Assembly (NCBI GenBank): GCA_000025185.1 | Contig: CP001848.1 | Span: 2,130,001-2,162,000, forward strand | DNA: 32,000 nt | Reading direction: 5' to 3' | From: Pirellula staleyi DSM 6068 | GTDB taxonomy: Bacteria > Planctomycetota > Planctomycetia > Pirellulales > Pirellulaceae | Part shown: piece after piece, positions 1 to 8,475 of the stretch | How the letters are laid out: every line of letters starts with the position of its first letter | Position numbering within the stretch: the stretch's first letter is position 1 | Made by a program: the position numbers and the translations under genes | Notes under the pieces: model-generated | Told to the model about the DNA's origin: nothing | What the model saw: the letters and a program-made list of their open reading frames with translations, nothing else | The model's database searches: none

Positions 1-2
1 TT

Positions 3-1010
3 GTGAACGAAGGTCCTTGCGATGTCGTGAGTTTGCAGCACGAGTTTGGGCTCTATCCCGATGCTTGGGGAGAGCGGCTGATGGACTTTCTCTATCTCTG
101 CGAGAAGCCGGTGGTGACCACCCTGCATACGCTCCTCACCGATCCGGCCCCTCTCCCCAAGCGGATCGTGAAAGAGATTGTCTCGCTCAGCAACAGTGTG
201 GTGGTGATGACCGCTACTGCTTCGAAGTTGTTGCAAACGATCTACGACGTTGATCCAGGCAAGATTCGAATCATTCCGCACGGTGTGCCAGCGGTTCCTT
301 TCCGCGCGAATAAGCAAGACAAACGTGCGATTGGTCTTACGGGACGACGAGTGATTTGCACGTTCGGTTTGATCAGCCGCGGCAAAGGGCTCGAGATGAT
401 GATTCGGGCGATGCCGGCGATCGTCGCGAAAGTTCCCGAAGCGATGTACTTGATTGTGGGAGTGACGCATCCCCAGGTGCGCAAAGAAGAGGGAGAGGTC
501 TATCGCGAAAGTTTGATGCAGCTCGCAGAGTCGCTCGGTGTGGCGGGGAACGTGCAGTTTGTGAACAAGTTCCTGAGTCTCTCGCAATTGCTCGAGCATC
601 TGCTGGCCTGCGATCTGTTTGTGACCCCCTACCCTGGCAAGGATCAGATCGCCAGTGGCACGATGGCCTACGCCATGGCGACGGTCGGCGCGGTGATCAG
701 CACCCCTTATCTCTATGCCCAAGAGGTGCTCGCGGAGAACCGCGGTCTCCTGACCCCTTTTGGCGATAGCGATGCGATGGCGCAAGCTGCCATTCATCTG
801 CTGCAGAACGACGATGCTTTATTCTCGATGCGTGTGAAGGCGTATCAGTTTGCGCGAGCGATGTTCTGGCCCAATGTGGGGAAGCTTTATCTGAAATCAT
901 TTCAAGACGCCGCGCTGCCAGCTTCGCGGCGGAGTGTGAGCTCGGCTCGTGAGCCCGATGCTTCTCTCGAACATCAAATTTTGACGCAAACCGTACAAGG
1001 ATGGGCATGA
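3..1010 (+). CDS. Glycosyltransferase, GT4/group-1 family, C-terminal ~335 aa (5' end is left of the window)
   Basis: Frame is open from the window edge to TGA 1008-1010. GT-B C-terminal domain look (RIIPHGVP, FGLISRGKGLEMMIRA, LFVTPYPGKDQIASGTMAYAMATVGAVISTP). GC3-rich codons. Confidence 0.8.
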   Translation: MNEGPCDVVSLQHEFGLYPDAWGERLMDFLYLCEKPVVTTLHTLLTDPAPLPKRIVKEIVSLSNSVVVMTATASKLLQTIYDVDPGKIRIIPHGVPAVPFRANKQDKRAIGLTGRRVICTFGLISRGKGLEMMIRAMPAIVAKVPEAMYLIVGVTHPQVRKEEGEVYRESLMQLAESLGVAGNVQFVNKFLSLSQLLEHLLACDLFVTPYPGKDQIASGTMAYAMATVGAVISTPYLYAQEVLAENRGLLTPFGDSDAMAQAAIHLLQNDDALFSMRVKAYQFARAMFWPNVGKLYLKSFQDAALPASRRSVSSAREPDASLEHQILTQTVQGWA

Positions 1011-2101
1011 TGACAACAGAACAATTGCCGAGTGTGATGCTTGATCACCTCGACCTGATGACCGATTCGACAGGACTGATCCAGCATGGCGTGTATTGCT
1101 TGCCACGTCGCGAAAGTGGCTATACCACCGACGACAACGCACGCGCTTTGCGGCTGTGTGTAGCTTTGTGGAAAACGCGGCCGAGCCAACGGATGCTGGA
1201 GCGCGTGGCGTGCTATTTGAGCTTTCTCGAGCATGCTCGTTGCCCGGTGCGCGGGTTTCATAACTTCTTGAGTTATCAGCGTGATTGGCTCGACGCATCG
1301 GGAACGGGCGATTGCCAAGGCCAGGCCGTTTTGGCGCTGGCGGAAGTCTTGGGAAGCAAGCTGCCTCAAGGCTATCGCGACCTGGCTCGTGAGCTGCTTA
1401 ATGCGGTGCTTTCTGCGGTGGCCGAGCTGCGCAGCTTGCGCGCTCAAGCCTATTTAATTCAAGCCTGGGCGATTCTCGCGCGGGCTGAAGTGACGGAGAT
1501 GGAAACCCTCGAGACGATCGCGCGCTCGTCGGCCGAGCATCTCATGGAATGCTATCGCCGGTCGCAGCGGACCGACTGGTTTTGGTTTGAGTCGCGCATG
1601 ACCTATGCCAACGCGGTGTTGCCGCATGCGCTGTTTGATGCCGAAGAGTGCTGGCCAAATCAGGGCTATCTTGCGGTCGCCCGATCGTCGCTAGGATTTT
1701 TGGATCTCGTGACGACCTCCGAGGGGGTCTTCTGGCCGATTGGCAATCGGGACTGGTTTTCGCATGGCGAAGAGAAATCGCTTTACGACCAACAGCCGGT
1801 CGAAGCATCGACGATGGCCTCGGCTGCGCTCGCCGCGCTAGCCGATCAGCAGGACGACAAGTATCTCGCCATCTACTTGCGTTCGTACGGCTGGTTTCAT
1901 GGTCAGAACAGTTTGGCGCAACCTTTGGCGGATCGACAAACGGGAGGCTGCTTCGATGGACTGCAGTCAAACGGTGTCAACAAGAACCAAGGGGCGGAAT
2001 CGACCCTCGCATTCCTGTGGACGGAACTTCACAGCTATGTCCATCAGCAGGCGCTTAGCGAGCGTCCAGCGGCTACCGAACGAACTATCTCGAAGCAGTA
2101 A
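1001..2101 (+). CDS. Conserved hypothetical, possibly an (alpha/alpha)6 six-hairpin glycosidase-like protein
   Basis: Overlaps the upstream stop (ATGA at 1007-1010, so the start may be 1007). Helix-rich with motif GYTTDDNARALRL. Sits between GT4 and GH130 genes. The fold call is from memory and unverified. Confidence 0.55.
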   Translation: MGMMTTEQLPSVMLDHLDLMTDSTGLIQHGVYCLPRRESGYTTDDNARALRLCVALWKTRPSQRMLERVACYLSFLEHARCPVRGFHNFLSYQRDWLDASGTGDCQGQAVLALAEVLGSKLPQGYRDLARELLNAVLSAVAELRSLRAQAYLIQAWAILARAEVTEMETLETIARSSAEHLMECYRRSQRTDWFWFESRMTYANAVLPHALFDAEECWPNQGYLAVARSSLGFLDLVTTSEGVFWPIGNRDWFSHGEEKSLYDQQPVEASTMASAALAALADQQDDKYLAIYLRSYGWFHGQNSLAQPLADRQTGGCFDGLQSNGVNKNQGAESTLAFLWTELHSYVHQQALSERPAATERTISKQ

Positions 2102-2135
2102 AAGCGACTCCACAAGAGTCTAAAAGAAAGCCGCT

Positions 2136-3143
2136 ATGTCAACGTTTGAATCAACTCAGCCGCAGCTTTATCCCGAACTCTTTCGGCGTTATTCGGGCAA
2201 TCCGATTTTGACCGCTCAGGACTGGCCCTACCCTGCCCACTCGGTGTTTAACGCGGGCGCGTGTCAGATTGGAAACGAGACTTTACTGCTGGTGCGCGTC
2301 GAAGATCGGCGGGGTCATTCGCATCTGACGGTCGCGCGAAGTTACGATGGCATCGGTCAGTGGCGCATCGATCCGAAGCCCAGTTTTCCGGCCGATCCGC
2401 TCAACTTTCGCGAAGAAGAATGGGGAGTTGAGGATCCGCGCATCACTTGGGTGGAAGAGCGCCAAGAGTGGATTATTGCTTACACCGCTTATTCTCCGAG
2501 TGGTCCGTTGGTGTCGCTCGCCACGACAACCGACTTCCGCAGTTTTCATCGTCTCGGGCCGGTGATGCCCCCCGACGACAAAGATGCGGCTGTCTTTCCA
2601 CGGCGTTTCAACGGCCGCTATGCGATGATTCATCGTCCGGTGGGAGCGGGGAGTCATGGGGCGCACATCTGGCTTTCGCAGTCGCCCGATCTGACCCACT
2701 GGGGCGATCATCACGTGCTGATTCCGGCGCGGAAAGGAGCCTGGTGGGATGCGAATAAAATCGGACTCAGTCCACCACCGCTCGAAACGGCGGAGGGTTG
2801 GCTCATTCTTTACCATGGTGTGCGACATACACCGGGTGGCTGTCTCTATCGACTGGGGCTGGCGCTACTCGATCTCGAGAAGCCTTGGGAAGTGATTCGC
2901 CGGAGTGACGACTGGGTCTTCGCGCCGCAAATGCCGTACGAACGTCATGGCGATGTCAATGGCGTGGTCTTCCCGTGCGGATGGATCATCGATCAAGCAG
3001 CCGACGAGATTCGGATGTACTACGGTGGTGCCGATTCCTGCCTCGCGCTGGCCACGGGAAAGATCAGCGAGATTCTCGACTACCTGCGGCACTCCCCTGT
3101 TCCGCAGCGACCACGACAGCCGCGCTTAGTTCCGTTCAACTAA
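2136..3143 (+). CDS. GH130 family glycosidase / beta-mannoside phosphorylase-like (DUF377)
   Basis: ATG at 2136. Family hallmarks present: FNAGACQIGNETLLLVRVEDRRG, WGVEDPRITW, AYTAYS, DKDAAVFPRRFNGRYAMIHRP, GWLILYHGV, IRMYYGGADS. Confidence 0.9.
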   Translation: MSTFESTQPQLYPELFRRYSGNPILTAQDWPYPAHSVFNAGACQIGNETLLLVRVEDRRGHSHLTVARSYDGIGQWRIDPKPSFPADPLNFREEEWGVEDPRITWVEERQEWIIAYTAYSPSGPLVSLATTTDFRSFHRLGPVMPPDDKDAAVFPRRFNGRYAMIHRPVGAGSHGAHIWLSQSPDLTHWGDHHVLIPARKGAWWDANKIGLSPPPLETAEGWLILYHGVRHTPGGCLYRLGLALLDLEKPWEVIRRSDDWVFAPQMPYERHGDVNGVVFPCGWIIDQAADEIRMYYGGADSCLALATGKISEILDYLRHSPVPQRPRQPRLVPFN

Positions 3144-3182
3144 GCAAGCGCGGGCAGATACTTCGGGCAAGACTTCAAGTAA

Positions 3183-3210
3183 GCCAGACTTCCGGACCGC
3201 CGGCTCTGGC
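3183..3210. terminator. Nested hairpin between convergent genes (possible bidirectional terminator)
   Basis: GCCAGA-ctt-CCGG-accg-CCGG-c-TCTGGC lies in the 67-nt gap between the GH130 stop (3143) and the hydrolase stop (3211). No U-tract. Confidence 0.35.
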
Positions 3211-4254
3211 TTACTTCTTTTTAAGCCCCATTTGCCAGAGGTCGGGCTTCTCCATGATTTGTCGCGGCCCTTCTCCTTGCAGCCAGGCTTGAGCGGCGGA
3301 GTCCTCTTTGAGATACGTGTCCCAGAACGCTGCAGTGATGGCGAGAATCACCCGGTGATGGTTCGGATTTTTTTGACCACCTCCGAGGAGCTTGAGCTTG
3401 ATTTCGCGCTCGCTGAAAGCGGAATGCTTGCCGCCGTCGAGGACCAGTTCGTAGCGATCGATGGTGGTTGGTAGCGCGGGATAAACTTTGCGGCGCGATG
3501 CGGGTGTTTGGCCGCCGATGGGGGAATCGTCGAGCGTGCCGGTCATCAGCAGGAAGGGGCGATCGATTTTCGCGAACGCGGTTTCTGGATTACCGCGCTG
3601 CGGGATCGACGGGCTGTAGGCAATCCCCGCACGAATTTCGGGTACGAGGAATCTTGGACCCAGCAGCGGAATGCTTTGCCCAAGGACTCCCTGCGTGGTG
3701 GAGGCCCCGAACGAATGCCCCGACATGCCGATCCGCTGAGGATCGACGCGGCCAAACAGCAGATGCCCTTGGGTCTTGTTCCAAACCGAAAGTTGCTCAA
3801 CCACCGCTTTCACATCCTGACAACGGAGCTCAAGGTTCTCGTAGCTTGCCGCCTTTTGCATGGCTGGCATGATCTCGGTCGGCTTGGTCCCTTTCCAAAC
3901 TGATTCGTCGCTGCCGGGATGTTGCAGGAAGATGCAGACATAGCCTCGCCCGGCGAGATGCTCGCCGATGTAGCCGTTGTTATCGCGCGAGCCACCGAGT
4001 CCGTGACTGAACAGAACCACGGGGCGCGGTCCTGACTCTTCGGGCAAGTAAAAGCGAACCGGGATCTCGCGTTTGCGTGTTTTGTCGACGAGCGTTTCGA
4101 TTTCGGTTTTCGCTTGCTGCTTCGACTCCAGCGGGTTGTACTCCGCGGCAACCGCCGACGCCCCCGAGAGAAGTAGCAACAGTGTGGACGCCAGCAGACC
4201 ACTATTTTTCGTGAATTGCATACAGATACTCGCCATCCAGAGTCGAATTTCCAA
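3211..4254 (-). CDS. Secreted alpha/beta-hydrolase (PAF-acetylhydrolase / dienelactone-hydrolase-like serine esterase)
   Basis: Signal peptide LLASTLLLLLSGASAVAAE. Oxyanion region FSHGLGGSRD. Nucleophile elbow GMSGHSFGAST. The true start may be the ATG at 4221 (MQFTKNSG). Confidence 0.75.
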   Translation of the reverse strand: MEIRLWMASICMQFTKNSGLLASTLLLLLSGASAVAAEYNPLESKQQAKTEIETLVDKTRKREIPVRFYLPEESGPRPVVLFSHGLGGSRDNNGYIGEHLAGRGYVCIFLQHPGSDESVWKGTKPTEIMPAMQKAASYENLELRCQDVKAVVEQLSVWNKTQGHLLFGRVDPQRIGMSGHSFGASTTQGVLGQSIPLLGPRFLVPEIRAGIAYSPSIPQRGNPETAFAKIDRPFLLMTGTLDDSPIGGQTPASRRKVYPALPTTIDRYELVLDGGKHSAFSEREIKLKLLGGGQKNPNHHRVILAITAAFWDTYLKEDSAAQAWLQGEGPRQIMEKPDLWQMGLKKK

Positions 4255-4636
4255 CGCTGATCATTCAACCCCGCCCTGCCCGCCCCGGTGTCAAAATATT
4301 TCAAATCGCGAAATCTTCCCAGGAAATTGATGAAGCGGCCTACCCATCCTGAGGTAGTCGCAAGCAGGGAGTCGTGGGCGAAAAATCGAATGACGCGGCA
4401 GCTGAGATGCTTCGAATGTCAGGTACACGGATGGAACCGAGTCTGCACAACGTGATCATTCATTCCCGCGCATCTTCACCCCCGTTTGCTGGCAAACTGG
4501 GTTCACAAGAGGCCTGCTACTGCATCGCCTCCTGCCGCTTCGCGGCCCAGGGGCCATGACTTACCACTTGTTGCATCTTGGCACACCAGTTGCGGATGAC
4601 GCACCCCTACTTTAGGCTGCTTTTTCAGCTCGCTCG

Positions 4637-5617
4637 ATGGTTTTTTTTCGTACAAAGGGTTTGAGAATGTCGGAAGTAGTCGCTCCTAATAATGATTCCG
4701 TGCTTGGTGTAACAGTTTGTACGAACTGTCAAAAGCGATTTCGTTTGCCGAAAAAGCACGAATCATTCATTGGAAAATCTGTCCGTTGTTCGTCGTGTCA
4801 TCAGCCTTTTGTGGTGAAACTTGAGGTTCCTTCGCAAGTGGAACAGGCTGCAATCCAGAACGCGGAGACCCAGCAATCGACGGAGACAGATGAAGGAAAA
4901 CGGACACGAACTCGTCGCACGAAGACACAAATTCGTGAGGAGCATTTAGCCAGGATCAACGAACACCTGAAGTCACTCCACAAGCGACTCATTGAGATCA
5001 ATGAACAAGGTGGCTCGGAAGAACAGGTACGAGTTTGGTGTATTGATGTGCTGCGTCTCGTGCTGGGGTACGAGGACTGTGATATCGATACGGAGGTTCA
5101 TACTTTGGGGCAGCGCATCGACATTGCGCTGAAGCATGACGACCGAATTTTCTTGGTCATCGAATGTAAAAATCCTCGGTTGAAACTCTCCGAGAAAGTT
5201 CGAGATCAAGCCGCGCAGTATGCTTCGAGTGTATCGGCTGATTGGGCAGTGACAACCAATGGATCGATCTGGTCGTTGTATCGAGTAATTCCTCGTCGTG
5301 GGCAAAGTGCAGATCCCATCAAAGTGTTCGATGCGGTGCTGCTGGATGAAGATGGGATTAGCGAAGCGGATGTCGCCAACTTCTATTTACTGACAAGCCG
5401 CGCGCTGTTTAATGGCGAAACAATGTGCGAGTTTCATCGCCGTGAATCGGCAAGTTACCAGCGTATTCTCTCGGTACTATCCACTGATCGCGTAGTAAAC
5501 GCGACGTGCAAAGCACTTATCGAAAACTATCAGGCGGAAACGGGTGAAAAGCCAGCTCTGACTGAGGACTACATCCGAGCCTGCCTAGCAGATATGTTTC
5601 TGCCCGATGAGCTATAG
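4637..5617 (+). CDS. Zinc-ribbon (MJ0042-like) + HsdR-N-type PD-(D/E)xK restriction-endonuclease-like protein
   Basis: N-terminus CTNCQKRFRLP...RCSSCHQPF (CxxC-17-CxxC), then a charged linker (KRTRTRRTKTQ). C-terminal domain has EEQVRVWCIDVLRLVLGY, RIDIAL, LVIECK, QAAQYA and AVTTNGSIWSLY, matching the HSDR_N pattern. Alternative ATG at 4667. AT-richer than its neighbours. Confidence 0.7.
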   Translation: MVFFRTKGLRMSEVVAPNNDSVLGVTVCTNCQKRFRLPKKHESFIGKSVRCSSCHQPFVVKLEVPSQVEQAAIQNAETQQSTETDEGKRTRTRRTKTQIREEHLARINEHLKSLHKRLIEINEQGGSEEQVRVWCIDVLRLVLGYEDCDIDTEVHTLGQRIDIALKHDDRIFLVIECKNPRLKLSEKVRDQAAQYASSVSADWAVTTNGSIWSLYRVIPRRGQSADPIKVFDAVLLDEDGISEADVANFYLLTSRALFNGETMCEFHRRESASYQRILSVLSTDRVVNATCKALIENYQAETGEKPALTEDYIRACLADMFLPDEL

Positions 5618-5643
5618 AACCGTTTGTAATTGCTTCAACGCCC

Positions 5644-6375
5644 TCATGCCTTCTTCGTCCGTTTTTTAATGCGGGCGATGATGTTGGGCTTCTGGAATTC
5701 GCGGAGGGCATCTTTGCCGATCCAGCGCGCGGTGGGGTCGTCGGAACTGGCGAGGGACTCGGCTGTTGCCGTGGCGAGCGCGAGCAAGCGGCTGTTGCGT
5801 TTGCCGATGCAGCGGAGCGCCCAGTTCACCGCCTTTTTCACAAAATTGCGGCTGTCGCTGGCGTGCTTCACGATCAGCGCGAGCGACTGAGCAAACGGCT
5901 CGTCGGTGGCAGCTTTGTCGTGTACGCACATGCTGGCCAGCTGCGCGAAAGCGGCGCGGCGCTCGAACTCCGGCTTGCGCTTGGCCCATTGGGGAATCAT
6001 CTTCCAGGCGTGTGCGGTTTTCGAGAAGAGATGAAAGCAGGCGGTGTCGCAAATCGCCCAGCTGTCGAACTCTCCGCACCAGCGATTCATTTGCTGCGCG
6101 GTGACAAGCTGCGGATCGTCGATGAAGATAGCGATCATGTGCGCTTCGTAGTTCGGTGTTTGCCACAACTGCTGGGCAAGCTCGTGGTCGCGTCCGATCG
6201 ACTTGGCAAACTTTCGCAAATCGCCCACCGAAATGCCAAACGCGTTGTCGCTCGGGATCGCAAACCGGGCCATCCCGAGGCGAATTTTTTCGCTGCCCAT
6301 GCGCTCGAGCCGCGCCAGGACCTCGGCGGCTGATTGGCGAGTTGGGGCGGATTGGGTCGCTCGCTTTTGGGCCAT
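5644..6375 (-). CDS. DNA alkylation repair protein (AlkD/AlkC-type HEAT-repeat glycosylase family, pfam DNA_alkylation)
   Basis: Family-typical layout: KIRLGMARFAI, FGISVGDLRKFAKSIG, LAQQLWQT..YEAHMIA, WCGEFDSWAICD, FVKKAVNWALRCIGKRN. Confidence 0.85.
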   Translation of the reverse strand: MAQKRATQSAPTRQSAAEVLARLERMGSEKIRLGMARFAIPSDNAFGISVGDLRKFAKSIGRDHELAQQLWQTPNYEAHMIAIFIDDPQLVTAQQMNRWCGEFDSWAICDTACFHLFSKTAHAWKMIPQWAKRKPEFERRAAFAQLASMCVHDKAATDEPFAQSLALIVKHASDSRNFVKKAVNWALRCIGKRNSRLLALATATAESLASSDDPTARWIGKDALREFQKPNIIARIKKRTKKA

Positions 6376-6563
6376 GCAGGGAAACTCCAGCGAAGCAAAG
6401 GGTGACAGCAGAGCGCGATCGAGGTGGCTCAGCGGCCTATTTTAGGGGCTTTTCGGCAGCTTTGGCTAGGAATCGTCGCGCCGGGGGCTCGCCAGCCAAT
6501 GGGGGGAGTGGCGGCGGAAGCTAACCGTCGCTGCGAATGCCTGCTGAATCGGTCTACCTGCGA

Positions 6564-6592
6564 TTGTGAAGAAAACGATGCGAGGTGATAAT
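6564..6592 (+). promoter_or_regulatory. Sigma70-like promoter candidate for the 6655 gene
   Basis: TTGTGA (6564-6569), 17-nt spacer, GATAAT (6587-6592). Followed by AAGGAG (6641-6646) 8 nt before the TTG start. Confidence 0.3.
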
Positions 6593-6654
6593 TCGACCCG
6601 CCATTCTCCACTCACGACGCACCTCTCAGAGCTGAACCATCAAGGAGCCTTCCC

Positions 6655-7128
6655 TTGGAAGTTAATGACTATTTACTGTCGCACGAGGGGCTCGACTGGC
6701 ATGCCTTGATCGAACCGTGGCGCTGGATCTTTCCCGAAGAGGTTGAGTTTCAGCCCTGGCTGATGAACAAGTTTGGCGATCTCACCTGGATCGATGGAAC
6801 GGGAGCCGTGTTTCATTTGAATGTGTCGGAAGGGACGCTCGAGAAGGTGGCGGAGAACGAAGATCAGTTCCTCGATCTGCTCGAAGATCCCGACAACGCT
6901 GCCGAGTGGCTGATGTATCCGCTGGTCGATATGGCGACAGCCGCCGGCATGACGCTCGAGAATGGCGAGTGCTTTGGCTACGAAGAGCTGCCGGTTCTGG
7001 GTGGCGAATACGACACCGCCAACATTGCGATCTATGCGCTCGATTCGTACTGGAAATTCTGCGGCGATATGCACAACAAGCTGCAAGATGTTCCCGACGA
7101 TGACGACGAGGAATTCGAAGAAGAGTAA
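6655..7128 (+). CDS. DUF1851 / T6SS-immunity Tdi1 C-terminal-like small acidic protein
   Basis: TTG start preceded by a strong AAGGAG. The C-terminal stretch ECFGYEELPVLGGEYDTANIAIYALDSYW resembles the DUF1851 consensus (CfGf.P.L.LGG....Nl). Acidic tail DDDDEEFEEE. Family call is from memory. Confidence 0.5.
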   Translation: MEVNDYLLSHEGLDWHALIEPWRWIFPEEVEFQPWLMNKFGDLTWIDGTGAVFHLNVSEGTLEKVAENEDQFLDLLEDPDNAAEWLMYPLVDMATAAGMTLENGECFGYEELPVLGGEYDTANIAIYALDSYWKFCGDMHNKLQDVPDDDDEEFEEE

Positions 7129-7137
7129 TCGCAGAGG

Positions 7138-7163
7138 CATCGCGAAATGAGCGGTGCGCGATG
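7138..7163. terminator. Hairpin between convergent genes
   Basis: CATCGCG-12 nt-CGCGATG (7-bp stem) lies in the 44-nt gap between stop 7128 (+) and stop 7173 (-). No U-tract. Confidence 0.25.
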
Positions 7164-7172
7164 GCGACAGCG

Positions 7173-8249
7173 CTACGGCTGTGACTCGCGCTCGAGCAGT
7201 TTGGCTTTGCGATCTTTGCCCCAGCGATAGCCGGTGATGCGCCCCGACTGAGTGACTGCGCGATGGCAGGGGACTGCAACGGCGATCGGATTTTTTCCGC
7301 ACGCGGTGCCGACAGCGCGGGCCGCTGTGGGCTGGCCGATGGCGCGCGCGATCTGCTGATAGGTGCGCGTGGCTCCAGCGGGAATGTTCTGCAGTTCCTG
7401 CCACACGCGCCGCTGAAACGCTGTGCCTTGCACATCGAGTGGCAGCTCGACCGACTGCGTGGGGCGCTCGATGCTGGCGACCGCCAGCAGGGCCCATCTT
7501 GTGAGCTGCTCGCTGGCCGGAACAAAAGCCGCGCGAGGAAATCGCTTGCGCAACAGCTGCTCGGCGGCAGCGGCTGAATCGGCCAGTTCCATCGCGACAA
7601 TGCCGCGCTCGGTGGCAGCGATGGCCAGGGAGCCGAGCCAGGTTGGTGCGACGATGGTTGCGAGTGTGGTGGTGGCTGCTTGACGGCGGCGCTCGGCGGG
7701 AGAGAGGCCGCTGCGGGCCGACTTGGGGCCATAGATTTGGCTCGTCGAGCGAGCGCCGGATGCGTGCATGGCGTCGAGAATCGAGGCACCCGCTTCGAGC
7801 TGCTGATGCAGCCGCTGCTGGCGCTCGGCAAGGGCATATTGCTTGGGAGAGACCCCCAACGTGCGGCGAAAAATCCGCTGCAGATGCGGCCCGGTGAGTC
7901 CCACTTCAGCGGCCAGCTCGTCGAGTGTGAGAGGCGTCGATGAGTGCTCGATCCGCTGGCAGGTGGCCACGACAGCAGGATGAATCGGCCGCACGGCGCT
8001 CCGCGGGTGACATTTTTTACAAGCTCGAAACCCGGCACGCTCGGCCAGCAGAGGGGTGGCGAAGAAGCGAACGTTTTCGCGCCGCGCGAGTCGCGACGAG
8101 CAGCTTGGACGGCAGTAGATGCCGGTGGTTCGCACCGCAAACACAAACTGGCCATCGCAGCTTGCTTCGCGAGCGAGAACTGCTTGCCAGCGCTTATCAT
8201 CGGAGAGCGTGGAGATGTGGGAAGAAGTACGCGCGTCGGAGATTGGCAT
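7173..8249 (-). CDS. ada: Bifunctional Ada: Zn-finger methylphosphotriester acceptor + AraC HTH + O6-alkylguanine-DNA methyltransferase
   Basis: DDKRWQAVLAR..DGQFVFAVRTTGIYCRPSCSSRLARRENVRFF..AGFRACKKCHP (Ada Zn domain). AraC HTH LTLDELAAEVGLTGPHLQRIFRR. C-terminal FQRRVWQEL..IPAG..YQQIA and the PCHRAV active site. ATG at 8249; the track start at 8273 is a TTG. Confidence 0.92.
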   Translation of the reverse strand: MPISDARTSSHISTLSDDKRWQAVLAREASCDGQFVFAVRTTGIYCRPSCSSRLARRENVRFFATPLLAERAGFRACKKCHPRSAVRPIHPAVVATCQRIEHSSTPLTLDELAAEVGLTGPHLQRIFRRTLGVSPKQYALAERQQRLHQQLEAGASILDAMHASGARSTSQIYGPKSARSGLSPAERRRQAATTTLATIVAPTWLGSLAIAATERGIVAMELADSAAAAEQLLRKRFPRAAFVPASEQLTRWALLAVASIERPTQSVELPLDVQGTAFQRRVWQELQNIPAGATRTYQQIARAIGQPTAARAVGTACGKNPIAVAVPCHRAVTQSGRITGYRWGKDRKAKLLERESQP

Positions 8250-8315
8250 AGAAAACCACAAGGCTGTCAGCAAAGGGATGCAACAGGACTATGGCATCGT
8301 AGCAGGGGAGTGGCA

Positions 8316-8339
8316 GCGCTCTATCGAAATCTTGCGCTC
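8316..8339 (-). promoter_or_regulatory. Ada-box-like direct repeat upstream of ada
   Basis: The minus strand reads GAGCGCAAGATTTCGATAGAGCGC, i.e. two GAGCGC copies 12 nt apart, 67-90 nt upstream of ATG 8249. It contains AGCGCA, the core of the E. coli Ada box AAAGCGCA. Confidence 0.25.
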
Positions 8340-8475
8340 GAGTTCAAATCAAACGCCAGCGGTTCTCGTACTTCGGCTAGCGTTTGGCATCACAGGACGC
8401 AGTGGTTGATGAACCATTGCGAAACCAAAGCCGAACGGCAGTCCGGTGTATGCGGTTGTTATCCGACGTTTTTAG

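Noticed and set aside
4374-4559. 61-aa ORF in the hydrolase/nuclease intergenic region
   Set aside because: It has no ribosome-binding site, poor codon bias and no recognisable motif. The region more likely holds divergent promoters.
6782-8200. 472-aa minus-strand ORF (and 6673..7497, 274 aa)
   Set aside because: These are S/P/A/R-rich alternative frames. They overlap the unambiguous ada gene and run antisense to the DUF1851-like gene.
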